Assembly (NCBI GenBank): GCA_040954595.2
Contig: CM082590.2
Coordinates: 3,100,001-3,164,000 of the forward strand
Origin: Balanoglossus misakiensis
Taxonomy: Eukaryota > Animalia > Hemichordata
Reading direction: 5' to 3'
DNA length: 64,000 bases
Below are positions 14,331-27,920 of this stretch, piece after piece. Under the pieces are notes generated by a model. The model made no database searches. It saw only the letters and a program-made list of their open reading frames with translations, and was not told where the DNA came from. The position numbers were made by a program, and so were the translations under genes. How positions within the stretch are numbered: the first letter of the stretch is position 1; each line of letters begins with the position of its first letter.

Positions 14331-17300
14331 CGTAGAATTAAGTTCTGAAAGATCTGGATCAAAAGACGAATGAAAGTTGCAAAAAAATTGTATAATTAAG
14401 TGTTGAAAAAATGGATGAAAGGACATGTGAAAGTTGATAAAAATTGTTTAACATATTTTGGTCTTATGGTGACTCGTATCCATAAAAAGGATTGGTGTGC
14501 TATCATTCAGTAGCCTTGAAATAGGAAATTTTAGTTTTTAATCGGAGTTCAGACAATCCAATTTGGCTTCAATAAGGTTTAACCAATCACAATTCACTTG
14601 AAAGCTTGATTAAAAAAGATTTTGGAAATCTTCATGAGTTTTTGAAAAAATCCATAATAAATCCAAATTCACATGACCACTATTAATATAATTGAAAAAA
14701 AATTGGAACGGCCAGTAAATTAGAACTTGATTGGCCCTGCAGTTTAGAAAAAAATGTCAACTTTTAGAGATTATCAGAAAATCCAATATGGCCCCCATGA
14801 AGAAGACCCAACTATAAGCAGCATTGGAGTGACCAAAGTGGTTAGCATGGTTCCAACAGAAAGCAAAGGCTGTATCTGTTATGGATGCTGAGAAATGGTA
14901 AGTAAGCCAGAGGTCACGCAAATTTGTGCCAACAAATTTTGACATCAAACTGATAAGTGTCCAACAAGAACCAAACTTCAAAGCTCAATTGGTTAACTTT
15001 AAATAGGATAAGTACATAACGATTGTGTTAAAGATTAATACTTCATTAGGTGTTCCAGTCCTCTAAATTTGAAAGCCGTATCTGCTGTGCATGGCAAGTT
15101 ATGGGAAAGTAGATCATGGCCAAAATTATCAAAATATTTGGGTTATGTCCAGGCAGCAATATAACTCATGTGTACAATATCATGACTGTTGTGCTTTTTA
15201 ACAAGAGACCTATCCAAGTAGATCAAGGGTCATTGCCAAAATTATCAAAATATTTTGGTTATGTCCTGGCAGCAATAAAACTCATGTGAACACAATAATG
15301 ACTGTTGTGCTTTTTAACAAGAGACATATCCAAGTAGATCAAGGGTCATTGCCAAAATTATCAAAATATTTGGGTTATGTCCTGGCAGCAATAAAACTCG
15401 TGTGAACACAATCATGACTGTTGTGCTTTTTAACAAGAGACATATCCAAGTAGATCAAGGGTCATTGCCAAAATTATCAAAATATTTTGGTTATGTCCTG
15501 GCAGCAATAGTACTCATGTGAACAAAATCATGACTGTTGTGCTTTTTAACAAGAGACATATCCAAGTAGATCAAGGGTCATTGCCAAAATTATCAAAATA
15601 TTTGGGTTATGTCCAGGCAGTAATAGTACTCATGTGAACAAAATCACGACTGTTGTGCTTTTTAACAAGAGACATATCCAAGTAGATCAAGGGTCATTGC
15701 CAAAATTATCAAAATATTTGGGTTATGTCCTGGCAGCAGTAGTACTCATGTAAACAAAATCACGACTGTTGTGCTTTTTAACAAGAGGCATATCAACGTA
15801 GAATTAAGTTCTGAAAGATCTGGATCTAAAGACGAATGAAAGTTGCAAAAAAATTGTATAATTAAGTGTTGAAAAAATGGATGAAAGGACATGTGAAAGT
15901 TGATAAAAATTGTTTAACATATTTTGGTCTTATGGTGACTCGTATCCATAAAAAGGATTGGTGTGCTATCATTGAGTAGCCTTGAAATAGGAAATTTTAG
16001 TTTTTAATCGGAGTTCAGACAATCCAATTTGGCTTCAATAAGGTTTAACCAATCACAATTCACTTGAAAGCTTGATTAAAAAAGATTTTGGAAATCTTCA
16101 TGAGTTTTTGAAAAAATCCATAATAAATCCAAATTCACATGACCACTATTAATATAATTGAAAAAAAATTGGAACGGCCAGTAAATTAGAACTTGATTGG
16201 CCCTGCAGTTTAGAAAAAAATGTCAACTTTTAGAGATTATCAGAAAATCCAATATGGCCGCCATGAAGAAGACCCAACTATAAGCAGCATTGGAGTGACC
16301 AAAGTGGTTAGCATGGTTCCAACAGAATGCAAAGGCTGTATCTGTTATGGATGCTGAGAAATGGTAAGTAAGCCAGAGGTCACGCAAATTTGTGCCAACA
16401 AATTTTGACATCAAACTGATAAGTGTCCAACAAGAACCAAACTTCTAAGCTCAATTGGTTAACTTTAAATAGGATAAGTACATAACGATTGTGTTAAAGA
16501 TTAATACTTCATTAGGTGTTCCAGTCCTCTAAATTTGAAAGCCGTATCTGCTGTGCATGGCAAGTTATGGGAAAGTAGATCATGGCCAAAATTATCAAAA
16601 TATTTGGGTTATGTCCAGGCAGCAATAGTACTCATGTGTACAATATCATGACTGTTGTGCTTTTTAACAAGAGACATATCCAAGTAGATCAAGGGTCATG
16701 GCCAAAATTATCAAAATATTTGGGTTATGTCCTGGCAGCAATATAACTCATGTGAACAAAATCATGACTGTTGTGCTTTTTAACAAGAGACCTATCCAAG
16801 TAGATCAAGGGTCATTGCCAAAATTATCAAAATATTTTGGTTATGTCCTGGCAGCAATAAAACTCATGTGAACACAATAATGACTGTTGTGCTTTTTAAC
16901 AAGAGACATATCCAAGTAGATCAAGGGTCATTGCCAAAATTATCAAAATATTTGGGTTATGTCCTGGCAGCAATAAAACTCGTGTGAACACAATCATGAC
17001 TGTTGTGCTTTTTAACAAGAGACATATCCAAGTAGATCAAGGGTCATTGCCAAAATTATCAAAATATTTGGGTTATGTCCTGGCAGCAATAAAACTCATG
17101 TGAACACAATCATGACTGTTGTGCTTTTTAACAAGAGGCATATCCAAGTAGATCAAGGATCATTGCCAACATTATCAAAATATGTAGGTTATGTCCAGGC
17201 AGCAATAAAACTCATGTGAACACAATTATGACTGTTGTGTTTTTTAACAAGAGACATATCCAAGTAGATCAAGGGTCATTGCCAAAATTATCAAAATATT

Positions 17301-18364
17301 TTGGTTATGTCCTGGCAGCAATAAAACTCATGTGAACAAAATCATGACTGTTGTGCTTTTTAACAAGAGACATATCCAAGTAGATCAAGGGTCATCGCCA
17401 AAATTATCAAAATATTTGGGTTATGTCCTGGCAGCAATAAAACTCATGTGAACACAATTATGACTGTTGTGCTTTTTAACAAGACTAGAGACATATCCAA
17501 GTAGAACAAGGGTCATTGCCAAAATTATCAAAATATTTGGGTTATGTCCTGGCAGCAATAAAACTCATGTGAACACAATCATGACTGTTGTGCTTTTTAA
17601 CAAGAGACATATCCAAGTACAATTCAGTTCTAACAAATCTGAATCAAAGGACATGTGAAATTTGCCAAAAAATGTAACATATTCTATACATATGGTGACT
17701 CGTATCAATAAAATGAATGTGTGCTTTAAATGAGTAGGCTAGAAATAGGAAATCTTTGTCTTTAATTAGAGTTCAGAAAGTCCAATTTGGCTCCAATAAG
17801 GTTTAACTAATCACAATACACTTGAAAACTTGATTACAAAAAGATTTTGGAAATGTTAAATGAGATTTTTCAACAATCCATAATGAATCCAAAGTCGCAT
17901 GACCACTAACAATATTATTGAAAAAAATTGGAAGGGACAGTAAATTAGAACTTGATTGGCCATGTAGTTTTGAAAAAATGTCAACTTTAAGAGGTTATCA
18001 GAAAATCCAATATGGCCAACATGAAGAAGACAATTAAAGGAACATGCAACATTACAGGGGCCAAAGCAGTTAGCATGGTTCCAACAGAAAGCAAACTCTG
18101 TATCTGTTGTGGATGGCTAGAAATGGTAAGCCAGAGGTCACTATGTCTATGTATAATTAACTTCTTAAAACATAGCGTATAGGAAACTGTTGTGCCATTT
18201 GGGGATTACACAGATTTTAGGTATTCACCAGAATTAAATCGCGGGCGACATTGGCAAGCATATATGGCAAAAATATTCAAATACTATGGAAACATAAAAA
18301 AATTCACCATGCTCAATCAAGTGTTATGTGTCACTGCAATCTTACAAGCAGCACTAAAAAAACA

Positions 18365-18636
18365 GATTTTTGTCCAAAAACTGTCTGTAAAATACATGCG
18401 AGTATGACAAGCTAATTAGTCCAATCAGACAGAGGCATTCACTGACCTACCACCAGTTTATAATAAAATAACCGGTGGTCTCTGTAACAGCTGGACCACA
18501 ACTGATTTTTGTCCAAAAACTGTCTGTAAAATATATGCGAGTATGACAAGCTAATTAGTCCAATCAGACAGAGGCATTCACTGACCTACCACCAGTTTAT
18601 AATAAAATAGCCGGTGGTCTCTGTAACAGCTGGACC
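18365..18636 (+). repeat. Direct tandem duplication, period 139 bp
   Basis: GATTTTTGTCCAAAAACTGTCTG...CAGCTGGACC at 18365 and 18504. Confidence 0.9.
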
Positions 18637-21259
18637 GGTAAAATTATATAAGGCTGTTTATTTTACTGATAAAAAATTTTATAGGTCTTTGTAGGTTATA
18701 ATAAAGAAAATTATCAAAATCGGTTCACCAGTTTTCAAGGTACAAAAGCATCAAAAAATACTGATATTCTCAAGTATCTTCAACATTTTTCAAAAAATTA
18801 TGCATGATTCACAGAAGAATACTTCTTTCAGTTTTACAGGAGATCATCTAAACTTGTAAAGAAAATCTCTCTATTTTTTGCATGGCACCATGGGAAATAT
18901 GAAATTTTGCAATGTTTGATGTTCCGTGTCTCAATCATAGTTGATCTAATTGTAACGAAATTTTCAGAATATATTACAATATATGTGCAGATACAGATAG
19001 TGACTTCAGTTTTTGATATCTGGATTACAATTTAAATTCCCAGGTGCTCAAAAAAGGAAAAACCTAGCATTTTACCATTGCAAATGGGCGGCCATATTGG
19101 ATTGATATTTCATTAGATGGCAATATCTGTTTATACACTGCAATTTGCTGAAAATCAGTTCAATCACTGTAGTGAGTGGAAATATTTAAATTCTTGTGTA
19201 TTTTGAGCAATAATACTACTACCAAAAATATTTTATACAGTTACTTCTGGACAGCAAAAATTGCCATCATTCAAGTCAAACTCTCAGATCGGCCCTTTTG
19301 CTTGCCTGTGTTGGGCAGATATCAAAAGTGGAGAAAGTTGGATAGTGTAATGTCTACATGTATTTGTACTATCCTTGTAGTCTATTAACATTTACACGAT
19401 TTTCATATTAATTTTGGTATGATATGCATGGAAAGACTGGCTGGCTATAAATCATAAAACTGAACGTCCTTGCACCATACAGTTTTTACTGCATACACAT
19501 GTAGTTTAAGCAAACTGTGTATTTCATGTATTCCACTTTTCTGCCTTCCTTGCTGGCTTTCTCCATTTATTTTCTTACTGTTTCTTTGTAACATTACTGA
19601 TTTTTTTTTCTGGTAATTCAATTTCTGGCTGAAATAAATGTACTAGAGCTGGTAAGGTTTCCTGAACATTAATCCCTGTATCTTGAAGGCAGGTGTGCAA
19701 GTTCATATAAAGTTCATTGGTTAAAGGAATATTATGAGCTGATAAATCTTCTAAGCTCTTCTTTCTGGCTAGAAGGTCTGCTATATTATCGAATACTCTT
19801 TATGCTACTTCCATAATGTTGCCTGTGCAAATTAACAATCAAAGTACCCACTTGCTAGACAATTGTAAGACAAACATTTTTGTTGGGTAATTACAGAATA
19901 ATTATTTTAATTCCATGCATACTCTACCTAAACACAAATTAGAATATATAACTGAAATTATAATTATACACAGGTCTATGAAATGCAAAGAAAATGTATT
20001 TCTAGGAAAGAACACCCATGGGCATTCAGCTCTAAGCAGATAACATCAGTCACTTTGAAGACATGTCACTTCCCAGACTTGACTAAACAAACTTCCAACC
20101 CTGAAGTGAAACGCATCTCCGAGTTGCATACACAATATGATCATATAATGTTAGATATTTATCATGGTTTAAGTGAAAACAAATTAGGAGATGTAAACAC
20201 CCCTGCCATTTATTCAGTGCCATATAATGCTGCCATTATGCACATATTGACTCTAGCCACTTTCCCAGTGGGAGGAAAAAGACTTTAATGGACACCAAGC
20301 GGGAAGAAACGAAAGTTACTAAGTTTTTGGCATTTCATTTTTATTTGTGAGATCGAGAAATTAAAATATGACAAGTTTAGAAAATAATCAGATTACACAG
20401 TATGTCCCAGTTCGTATGGCGGCCATATTGGATTCTGAACTCTCTAGTGATATAAACATATAGTGTACTTGGCGAGTCTCAGTATAGGGAAATCAACACA
20501 ATCAGACAAAACTTGGGTTACCCATTGCAATAATACTATCAAATTTCAAAGCAATCCCATATGCAGTTTCAGAAAAATCAGTATTTTCACCAAAATTGTA
20601 CAATATCTTACGTCAATCGCTTCAGGGAACATGCCTACCAAAGCTCAAGGCAATCTGACAATCAGTTTGAAAGAAAATAATTTTTAATGAAAAATTCCAA
20701 AACTATCACACACAAAACGCAAATATGCATATTTCAAGTATTTTTCTAAAACATCTCACTTAATTATTCCCAAGGAACAACCCTGCAAAATTTGAAAGCA
20801 ATCTGACAAGCAGTTTTAGATAAAACAATTTTTGACCAAAAAAGACAAAAAATTCTACAAAATTATAAATATGCACATTTTTCATCAACCAGGTTTTCAT
20901 CAAATGGGACCATATATCCAAATGTATGCTTCAAAGCAACACGACTCTCAGAGAAAAAAATGCTTGTCACCCTGGTCAAAAATTTGGTTTTACTAAAACA
21001 TCAAATCGGTTATCTCTCAAAGCTAAAAGGGTTATCACCAAACAGATTACAATTTTCTTTACTTGTGGTGGTTTTGGTTTTATCGGTTTGCCCAATAAAA
21101 ATTAGGATAATTGTTTAAGTATGCCAACAGTGAGGTGGAAATCACACCAGAAAAGCGAAAATACGCCAACAACATGTAAACAGTAAAATGTTACGAAAAA
21201 ACAAACAGAAAAGCGAAAATACACCAACCACGTTTAAACCGTAAAATTAAAAAAAAATG

Positions 21260-22900
21260 CAAACACTGGCTCTACGTGCGCTTAGGCAAGAGGCCTAGCA
21301 ATAAAATTCTCACAGAGTATAACCCTATAAATATGTCTAGACTTTCTCGATTATGACCTCAGGGTCAGCAGCGAAGCCATACACAGAATGGCCGAGAGGC
21401 ATGGCTAGCTGCACGCCCGTAGCTCGGATTTTTTTCTGGAATAAGACCTACTTCTGTTCAACTACAAGGTGTTGAACGGATAGCTGCAAATCACCTAATA
21501 CCAGACTAAACAATCGAGCGACGGTAACGTAGCTACATAGGCTATGGTACTAAAAGCAATGACTGGATTATGAGCCTACCGAAAAGACGTCTTGATCCCG
21601 CGGCAGTAAGAAGGAAAGTGGTCGAAACCCGGCGTCGCACACCGGAAACGGGTCAATGATCACCTGTTGTTATGGAGAGTGGGACTTGTTACCCAATCAC
21701 AGACCATAGTTAGCATTACGACACACTAATGAATATGCATACATGCTATAGCTGCATATTTTATTATTTTAGAACGCACTGGAACATGCTCGCATTCGAA
21801 GGAATATTCCATTTGTATATGCAAATAGCAAACCTATGTTCTCGAGTGTGAGTGCACCATTGTCTCAGGGGGGTGGCTCACGTCCCAAAGAACAGGGGGT
21901 AATTTTCTACCACAGCCGCGCATTTCAAACCGAGCAAGCAAACTGCTAACTTCCGTTGTCTGGGCAACATTTTGATGTGCGTTAAGTTTTGCACCTATTC
22001 GACTTTGAGGAAACAGACCTATAATACTTCCTAATGTGGTTCTCTTTCTGGGTCATTTTGTTGGTCCAACCACGATCCACGAGATCGTAAACTGCTTGGA
22101 TTAGGGCGCGTTAGGAAGCTGCAGCTGCGGCCGCAGGTCAAGTCGGTGTGTGTTGTATTTAACAAACATGGTGAATGTGTTCGGCACAGCAACATGCTCG
22201 CTCTACCCACAGCCACTGTACCGTACTGTCGATCGTTTCCATGTCTGTTTCACGCTCGCTCTTTATAATGCCCTTATCACGCCTCCCGTATTGTGTTCAT
22301 GATATGACAGTCCCACTAATCTGACAACACGCTCGCTTTTATTATGTCAATTTGTCCCGTTCGCTAGCACTGCGTTCAGGCCTGCATTCACCATTAACAG
22401 ACTATCCCATTCGCCAACTTTACTGAACTACAAAGTGAAGAACCAGTTTGCGTCTTGGCCGAAACAACCGGGGTCATGGAAATTAAAGGCCGAACCGAGA
22501 AGATTAAGTGCCATTCCCGAAGTAACGACCAACCAATGTTTACAGAGAAATCAGATGACATCAAATAGCGGAGTTCTTATCCTGTCGGGATGCGTTTACC
22601 TCGGAATCGGCGAAGCTTTTTTGTCGTCGAGTTTGATTTCATGGACGATGCAGTCTAGTTATTTGATGATCCATAATTGATATTTTTTTTTGGGGGGGGG
22701 GGTCCTGGTGTCGATAATTCGAGGCAGGAGAAGAAATGTGCCGCCAGCGCAAATTGCCGTTTTTCTCGCTCTGTTTAGTCGATTTTGACAACTTCAAAAG
22801 TATTAAACTTCACTCTGCGTTGGTCGAGAGGTCTTAAATTTTACCCATCCAACAAAACAAACGTTTGTAGTCAATAAAGTGTTCTTGGCGGGAATTAAAA
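21260..22900. promoter_or_regulatory. CpG-retaining, GC-richer, promoter-like segment
   Basis: Dense CpG compared with the flanks. CCAAT (~21693), octamer ATGCAAAT (~21819), CCGGAA/CTTCCG ETS-like motifs. No convincing ORF. Confidence 0.35.
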
Positions 22901-25238
22901 TTGATTCAATGCAATTCAAGTTTGAATTTGATCAAATTTTCTAAATATAGATAAATCGACAGGCCAACACTGTCCATGCACCAAAAAGAACAGCTGGTCG
23001 CGGAGATGAATTTTGTTTTTGTATATAACAAAATACCCTACAAAATATAAAAGTTCCGAATTACCTATAATTTGATTCCATTATAATTCCAATACTATTA
23101 ACTCAATTTTAGAGTAATACACTGGGAACTATTATTTTTCAAAATTGGAAAATATGCCCCCAAAATACAAGATATTGCCAACAAAAAGCATTGACACTTT
23201 CATCATTGGTTTTGTAAATTATCATGACAACGCACCCAGGAACCTTTAAATCAAATTTGAAAGCAATGGAGTAGAGGGTTCTGAGAAAGAGTTTTGACCA
23301 AAAATGGCAAAAATCACCCCAAAAATATAATATTAAATTCTTCTAGTTGATTTGACAAACATACATGCAAATTTCCAAAGCAATCTATGAGCTGTTTTAC
23401 ATTTAAAAAATGATCAAAAAGGTAAAAATTGCTCGCAAATTTTGCAGCAATTTAAACAAAACTTTAGTAACTCAGATCACCTATATGAAGCTCCATACTA
23501 AATTTCAAAGAGGTGGGCTGATTAATTCCAGAAAGGTAGTTTTTTTACAAAAATGTAGAAAAAGACAAACAAATGCGAAAAATAGAAAATTCAAAGTATT
23601 ACCTCAAAACATACAGAATCATTATGACCAGGGGTTGCTGAGTTTCTGAGTTTTGACCAAATTAAGGTTTTTCCCAGAAAATTTGCATATTTTTGGCAAT
23701 GTCAACTTCGTTTGAACAAACTCCCATCTACAACCCGGTATGCATCTACACACCAAATATCGAGGTTGTACGCGTAGCAGTCTTCAAGTTTTTGATGTGG
23801 ATGGACATACTCCCATACATCCATACAGATGCAACGTACCGATCTCATAAGGTCCCACTGGAATATACCAATACAAATGTGACATAAACACTTGACTTGC
23901 GGGCGCTGTTACTCCTCAATGAAAGCAGATAACGCGACACAAACTGGTCATTTTTTTCAAACTTGTGCTATAAGTAATATGTGTGACCAACTCTATGACT
24001 TAAGTTTTTGTTAATGACCTAATACCAAACAAATAGATATGATCTAATTTAAAAAAACTGTCCCAAAACTGCCAAACACAAAAATGCAAACATCACCAAA
24101 ATTATACAATATCTTACTTCGATGAGAACATGCTTACCAAAGTTCAAAGCAATCTGACAAGTGGTTTCAACGAGAAAATCACAAGTTACCTCAAGAACAC
24201 AAATAAGCAAATTTCAACAAAATTTTCAAACAACTTACAATTGCTTAACCCTGAGAACATGCCTACCAATTCCCAAAGCAATCTGACAAGCACGAGGTTT
24301 CAGAGAAAACGATTTTTGACCAAAAATTGCAAAATTTGGCTCATAATTACAAATGTGCAAACTTTGCAACAATTACACCTATAGGAAGATTTATACTAAA
24401 TGTTAAAGAAATCAGCCAATTACTTTCATAGAAAATATTTTACCATTGTGTTAAAAGACAAAACATTCATAAAAAGTAGACAATTCACGATGTTAGCTTA
24501 GAACTTATATAGCTCTATGATCTTGGCATAAGAAACATGCATACCACTTTTCAAAGCAATCTGACCAGTAGTTCCCAGCTAACAACTGAGAACAGAATAG
24601 CCAAAATCATCACCAGCGCCTAACACTACATTTGATTTTAATCAGATGAAAAAGGGAAGTAAGCAGACCATTTGTTGGAGCGGCTGATCCTCACCTGAAA
24701 TCAAAGAGACAGACAAAAGCACTCATTTTATCAGAATATTTATTTTATGTATGCAAAAATCCTAACATGATATCTCTGTCTACCTGTTTATCCTGATAGG
24801 AAAATTGTTAGAATAAAAATATCAAAGATATTTCTTCCTAACGCTGCATACACTATGTACATACTCTAGCAGTCTTGAAAGTACACTGAAATGTTTGTCA
24901 AAAGCTCTTCTTAAAAACTGCATAACATACCAAACTTTCAGTACAATATAAGCAATATCCGGAAAAAAATTAAACCAACTTAGCATCTTATGCAAAATGA
25001 AAGAAATTGAGGAATCGTGTCCCCCCTTCCCTTCAGCACTATACATGATTCTACAGCCTCAAGGTGTCATTCTTCACACAAACATAAAATGAATGGCTGA
25101 AATTCTAGAAATGTAGAAACAATGACATGTGAATATTGTTATTAAAAATGTGATTTTAATCGTTTGGCAACTATGGTCACTTCCTAATAATTGACTATAT
25201 TTCTTAACATGCATCTAATAGTTTGATTCTACCATGCT

Positions 25239-25503
25239 TGTCACGGATTTTGCCGATCACCAAACACAAAACACAACAAAATGGTTTAACAGTTTCACAA
25301 GCCATATGCCTAAAACAGGGACATCATCAGTTCATATGTATGGCCAGTCTGGCTACAGAGGTGAACTGACTATGTATATGCATGGGATTCTTTTATATCC
25401 CTTTGGTCACGTGACCAGTTTATATATTTTCTGCTATTTCCCCAAGGGATTCATAGTCGATTCTATTTTCTTATCACCTGACGGATTCTGGCGAATCATG
25501 ACA
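25239..25503. mobile_element. Degenerate solo-LTR-like relic related to the Gypsy LTR at 36332
   Basis: Starts TGTCACGG and ends TGACA. Contains TGGCCAGTCTGGCTACAGAGGTGAACTGAC, nearly identical to the LTR motif. No TSD is visible. Confidence 0.55.
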
Positions 25504-26640
25504 CAGTGTTAGCATGAGGTATGTTATAAATACAGATATTACATACATACCGGTATTCAAATGATCTAATGGTTCGGTCCAAATCCATTGTTTCTGTTGG
25601 AAAAGTTGGATGTCTACACAGGGAACTGGGGGTGAATGGTGAGAGTGCTAAGAAAAAAGACTGATGGTAATTTTCCATTTTTATCTAACCTGTATACATG
25701 TGTGTGCTTAATCTTTCCCAATAATGCTGACACACAACAAGTTAATTGTTTTACAAAACTCTCCTTGAGAGTCAAATGAAGGCACCTGATATAAGCCCAA
25801 AGACTTCATTCTTTTCCACACACCACTTTTCTCTTTTCAAAGAGCTCCATTTCAAATTGTGTACACAAACAATGTCATTGTCACTGCCCAAGCCCAAACT
25901 TTCAAATTACAATGTGACATTTCAAAACACTGTTAGACTTCCCAATGAAACATTAACTCTCGATCGGTATCCATTCAAATTAGTGACAGCCCCGGGGTTA
26001 GATTGTTGTTAATTTTGTTATAATGGTGATATTTAATTGTTTGGCTTTAACAAAAATTATGACATGGACGTATAAACGTGTTATGTCCACACATATGCTG
26101 TGAGTTCAGCTTCAATCCAATTTCATAACAAATTATTCAACAACAAAAATAGAAAATGAACATCAAGAGCTAGTGACTTCGTGGCTTTCACATGATAAAT
26201 ATACATTGCCCCATGCTAGAGTGTAATATTAACATGTCTCATACAACCTACAATTCTCTGTATATAACCAAACACATTCATTATAGCTGCATTAGTTGGG
26301 TCACATAATCTGGAACCAGATAGGCTGACCTGAGCAATCCATGTTTTTGCAAGTGTTGTATTGTCACTGTTATAGTGTGACTTCTTTGGTGTAATGCTCC
26401 AATGAACATGTGAGTTTCAATTGGATAGATAAATGACCAATAACACAAAGTCTGTGATTGGGTAATACAAATGATTGGTATACAACTGGAAGTTCTGACA
26501 CTGAAAGAGCTGTCTATTGCTCTCTTCCCTGAGGGAGCGATAGAGAGTAACTTTAGAGATACATTCTCCAATGATCAGGAGTTAATAAGGTATTAGTCTA
26601 GTATATAGCTGTATTTTATCTGCTTTGCTTTCAAAAAACT

Positions 26641-26929
26641 ATGCATGCCACTGGCCCAATAAAGCATGATACCCCTTGCAGGGAATCGTGATGTAATTAG
26701 CATCCCTTTGAAGTCAATCACGGACTTTGTTTTTCCAATGATTGGTCAAAGGATACATATGTGTGATTAAGGATTGGTACCATTTTAAATTTAAATTAGC
26801 CTTGCCTTTACTATAACCTTACACACAATCGCCATTGTTCAGTTTATGTCAGTGACTTTAAGGGGGATGGTAGTTACATCACAATTCCCAGCAAGAGCTA
26901 TCAGGCTTTATTGGGCCAGTGGCATGCAT
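26641..26929. mobile_element. MITE with ~30-bp TIRs
   Basis: ATGCATGCCACTGGCCCAATAAAGC...GCTTTATTGGGCCAGTGGCATGCAT. Confidence 0.75.
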
Positions 26930-27721
26930 CACTCTTGATGTTAGTTTTGGAAGTGGAAAAAATATGGCTATATAGTGTAAAACATGAAATTTTCGCAACG
27001 GGAAATTTTCATAATATCAAATGTGGCAACTGTTATGCAACGATTAATTTTCGCATTCTCGAATTTCAATTCATCATTATTTCTGAAAAACATGTTTACG
27101 CGACTTTTTAGTTTCGTGTTTTTTTAGCACTTGCATGATTCGGGCGAATTTATCTCTCATGAAAATTTCCCATTTTACATACATCCTAAGTATCATTTTT
27201 TCACACCAGAAGACAATGCACAGTTGCTTTGTGTATGGCATACTTTGTATTACAATAGACACTGACAACTAGTTACATCCTCCCAGCATACAAATATGGT
27301 TATATTGAAATAAGGCATTATGATGGAAACAATGTAAAGCTAATGCAAGAATTAGTACAGACCGAGTATATTATGTTACTACACTGGAATAACAATTTCG
27401 TGTTATTTGATCTGTTTAAATTTTTTTTTTTAAATCAAGGAACACTGAAGAATGAGTGGAGGTGATAGCTTTGGAATGGATATGTCTGTATACAGTAAAT
27501 GAGAGTGATAAATATTCCAAATCCCCAATACTTGACTGTCTGGAAAAAACCTTGAGAATTTTCTGACATTTCTTTGGGCATCTGGGTTTCATTTAGTATA
27601 TAGAAGTTACAACGGTAATGAAGGCATGAACAGTCTCCTGTTCATTATAGTCAGTTTCCTGTAAGAATTTATTGATTCGGAATATCAAAAAGACTCATGT
27701 CAACAGCCAGCAGATTACTAC

Positions 27722-27920
27722 ATGATTGTTGCAGTGTTTGTTGCATGCTGGGTGCCAAGTCCATCTGAGGTACCTGTGGTCGCGGCCGTGGCTGTTGTCC
27801 TAGTTACAGCTGTTGTTGTTGTTGTTGTTGTGATAACTGTTGCTGTTGTTGTTGTTGTTGCCATGTTTGTTGTTGTGGTGGTGGAATGGTTGCTTTTGTT
27901 CCGCTGGCTTGTTGCTGCTG
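27722..27920 (-). pseudogene. MED25: Q/P-rich exon of the MED25-derived pseudogene, with a nonsense codon (3' boundary uncertain)
   Basis: Acceptor actgcag|CAG CAG CAA, phase 0. Reads QQQQASGTKATIPPPQQQTWQQ..QL*LGQQPRPRPQ, with TAA at 27804-27806. Confidence 0.55.

Larger units (their letters stand above)
1..18140. repeat. Complex macrosatellite: ~0.9-kb monomers with nested sub-arrays; runs off the left edge of the window
   Basis: The anchor AAAATCCAATATGGC recurs at ~211, 1108, 3809, 4842, 5746, 8943, 10121, 12058, 12963, 14777, 16244 and 18002. Spacing is ~897-905 bp where there is no internal expansion. The array ends abruptly near 18140. Confidence 0.95.

Noticed and set aside
6080-17620. 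CRISPR-like array
   Set aside because: The 116-bp units are contiguous and near-identical with no unique spacers. There are no cas genes and the context is eukaryotic.
134-17658. Recurrent 60-120-aa ORFs (e.g. MLAHFASPLAYF.., IIKIFGLCPG..) as a peptide gene family
   Set aside because: They are translations of satellite units. Starts, stops and frames are not conserved between copies.
21300-22300. snRNA, Pol III RNA or hammerhead gene suggested by the octamer, T-run and ATACTT
   Set aside because: No match to U1-U6, U11/U12, 7SL, 7SK or the hammerhead core that I can recognise.
24636-24694. Candidate terminal exon of the MED25 copy (ttgatttcag|GTGAGGATC..)
   Set aside because: The acceptor is good, but no frame resembles the MED25 C-terminus, so it is unsupported.
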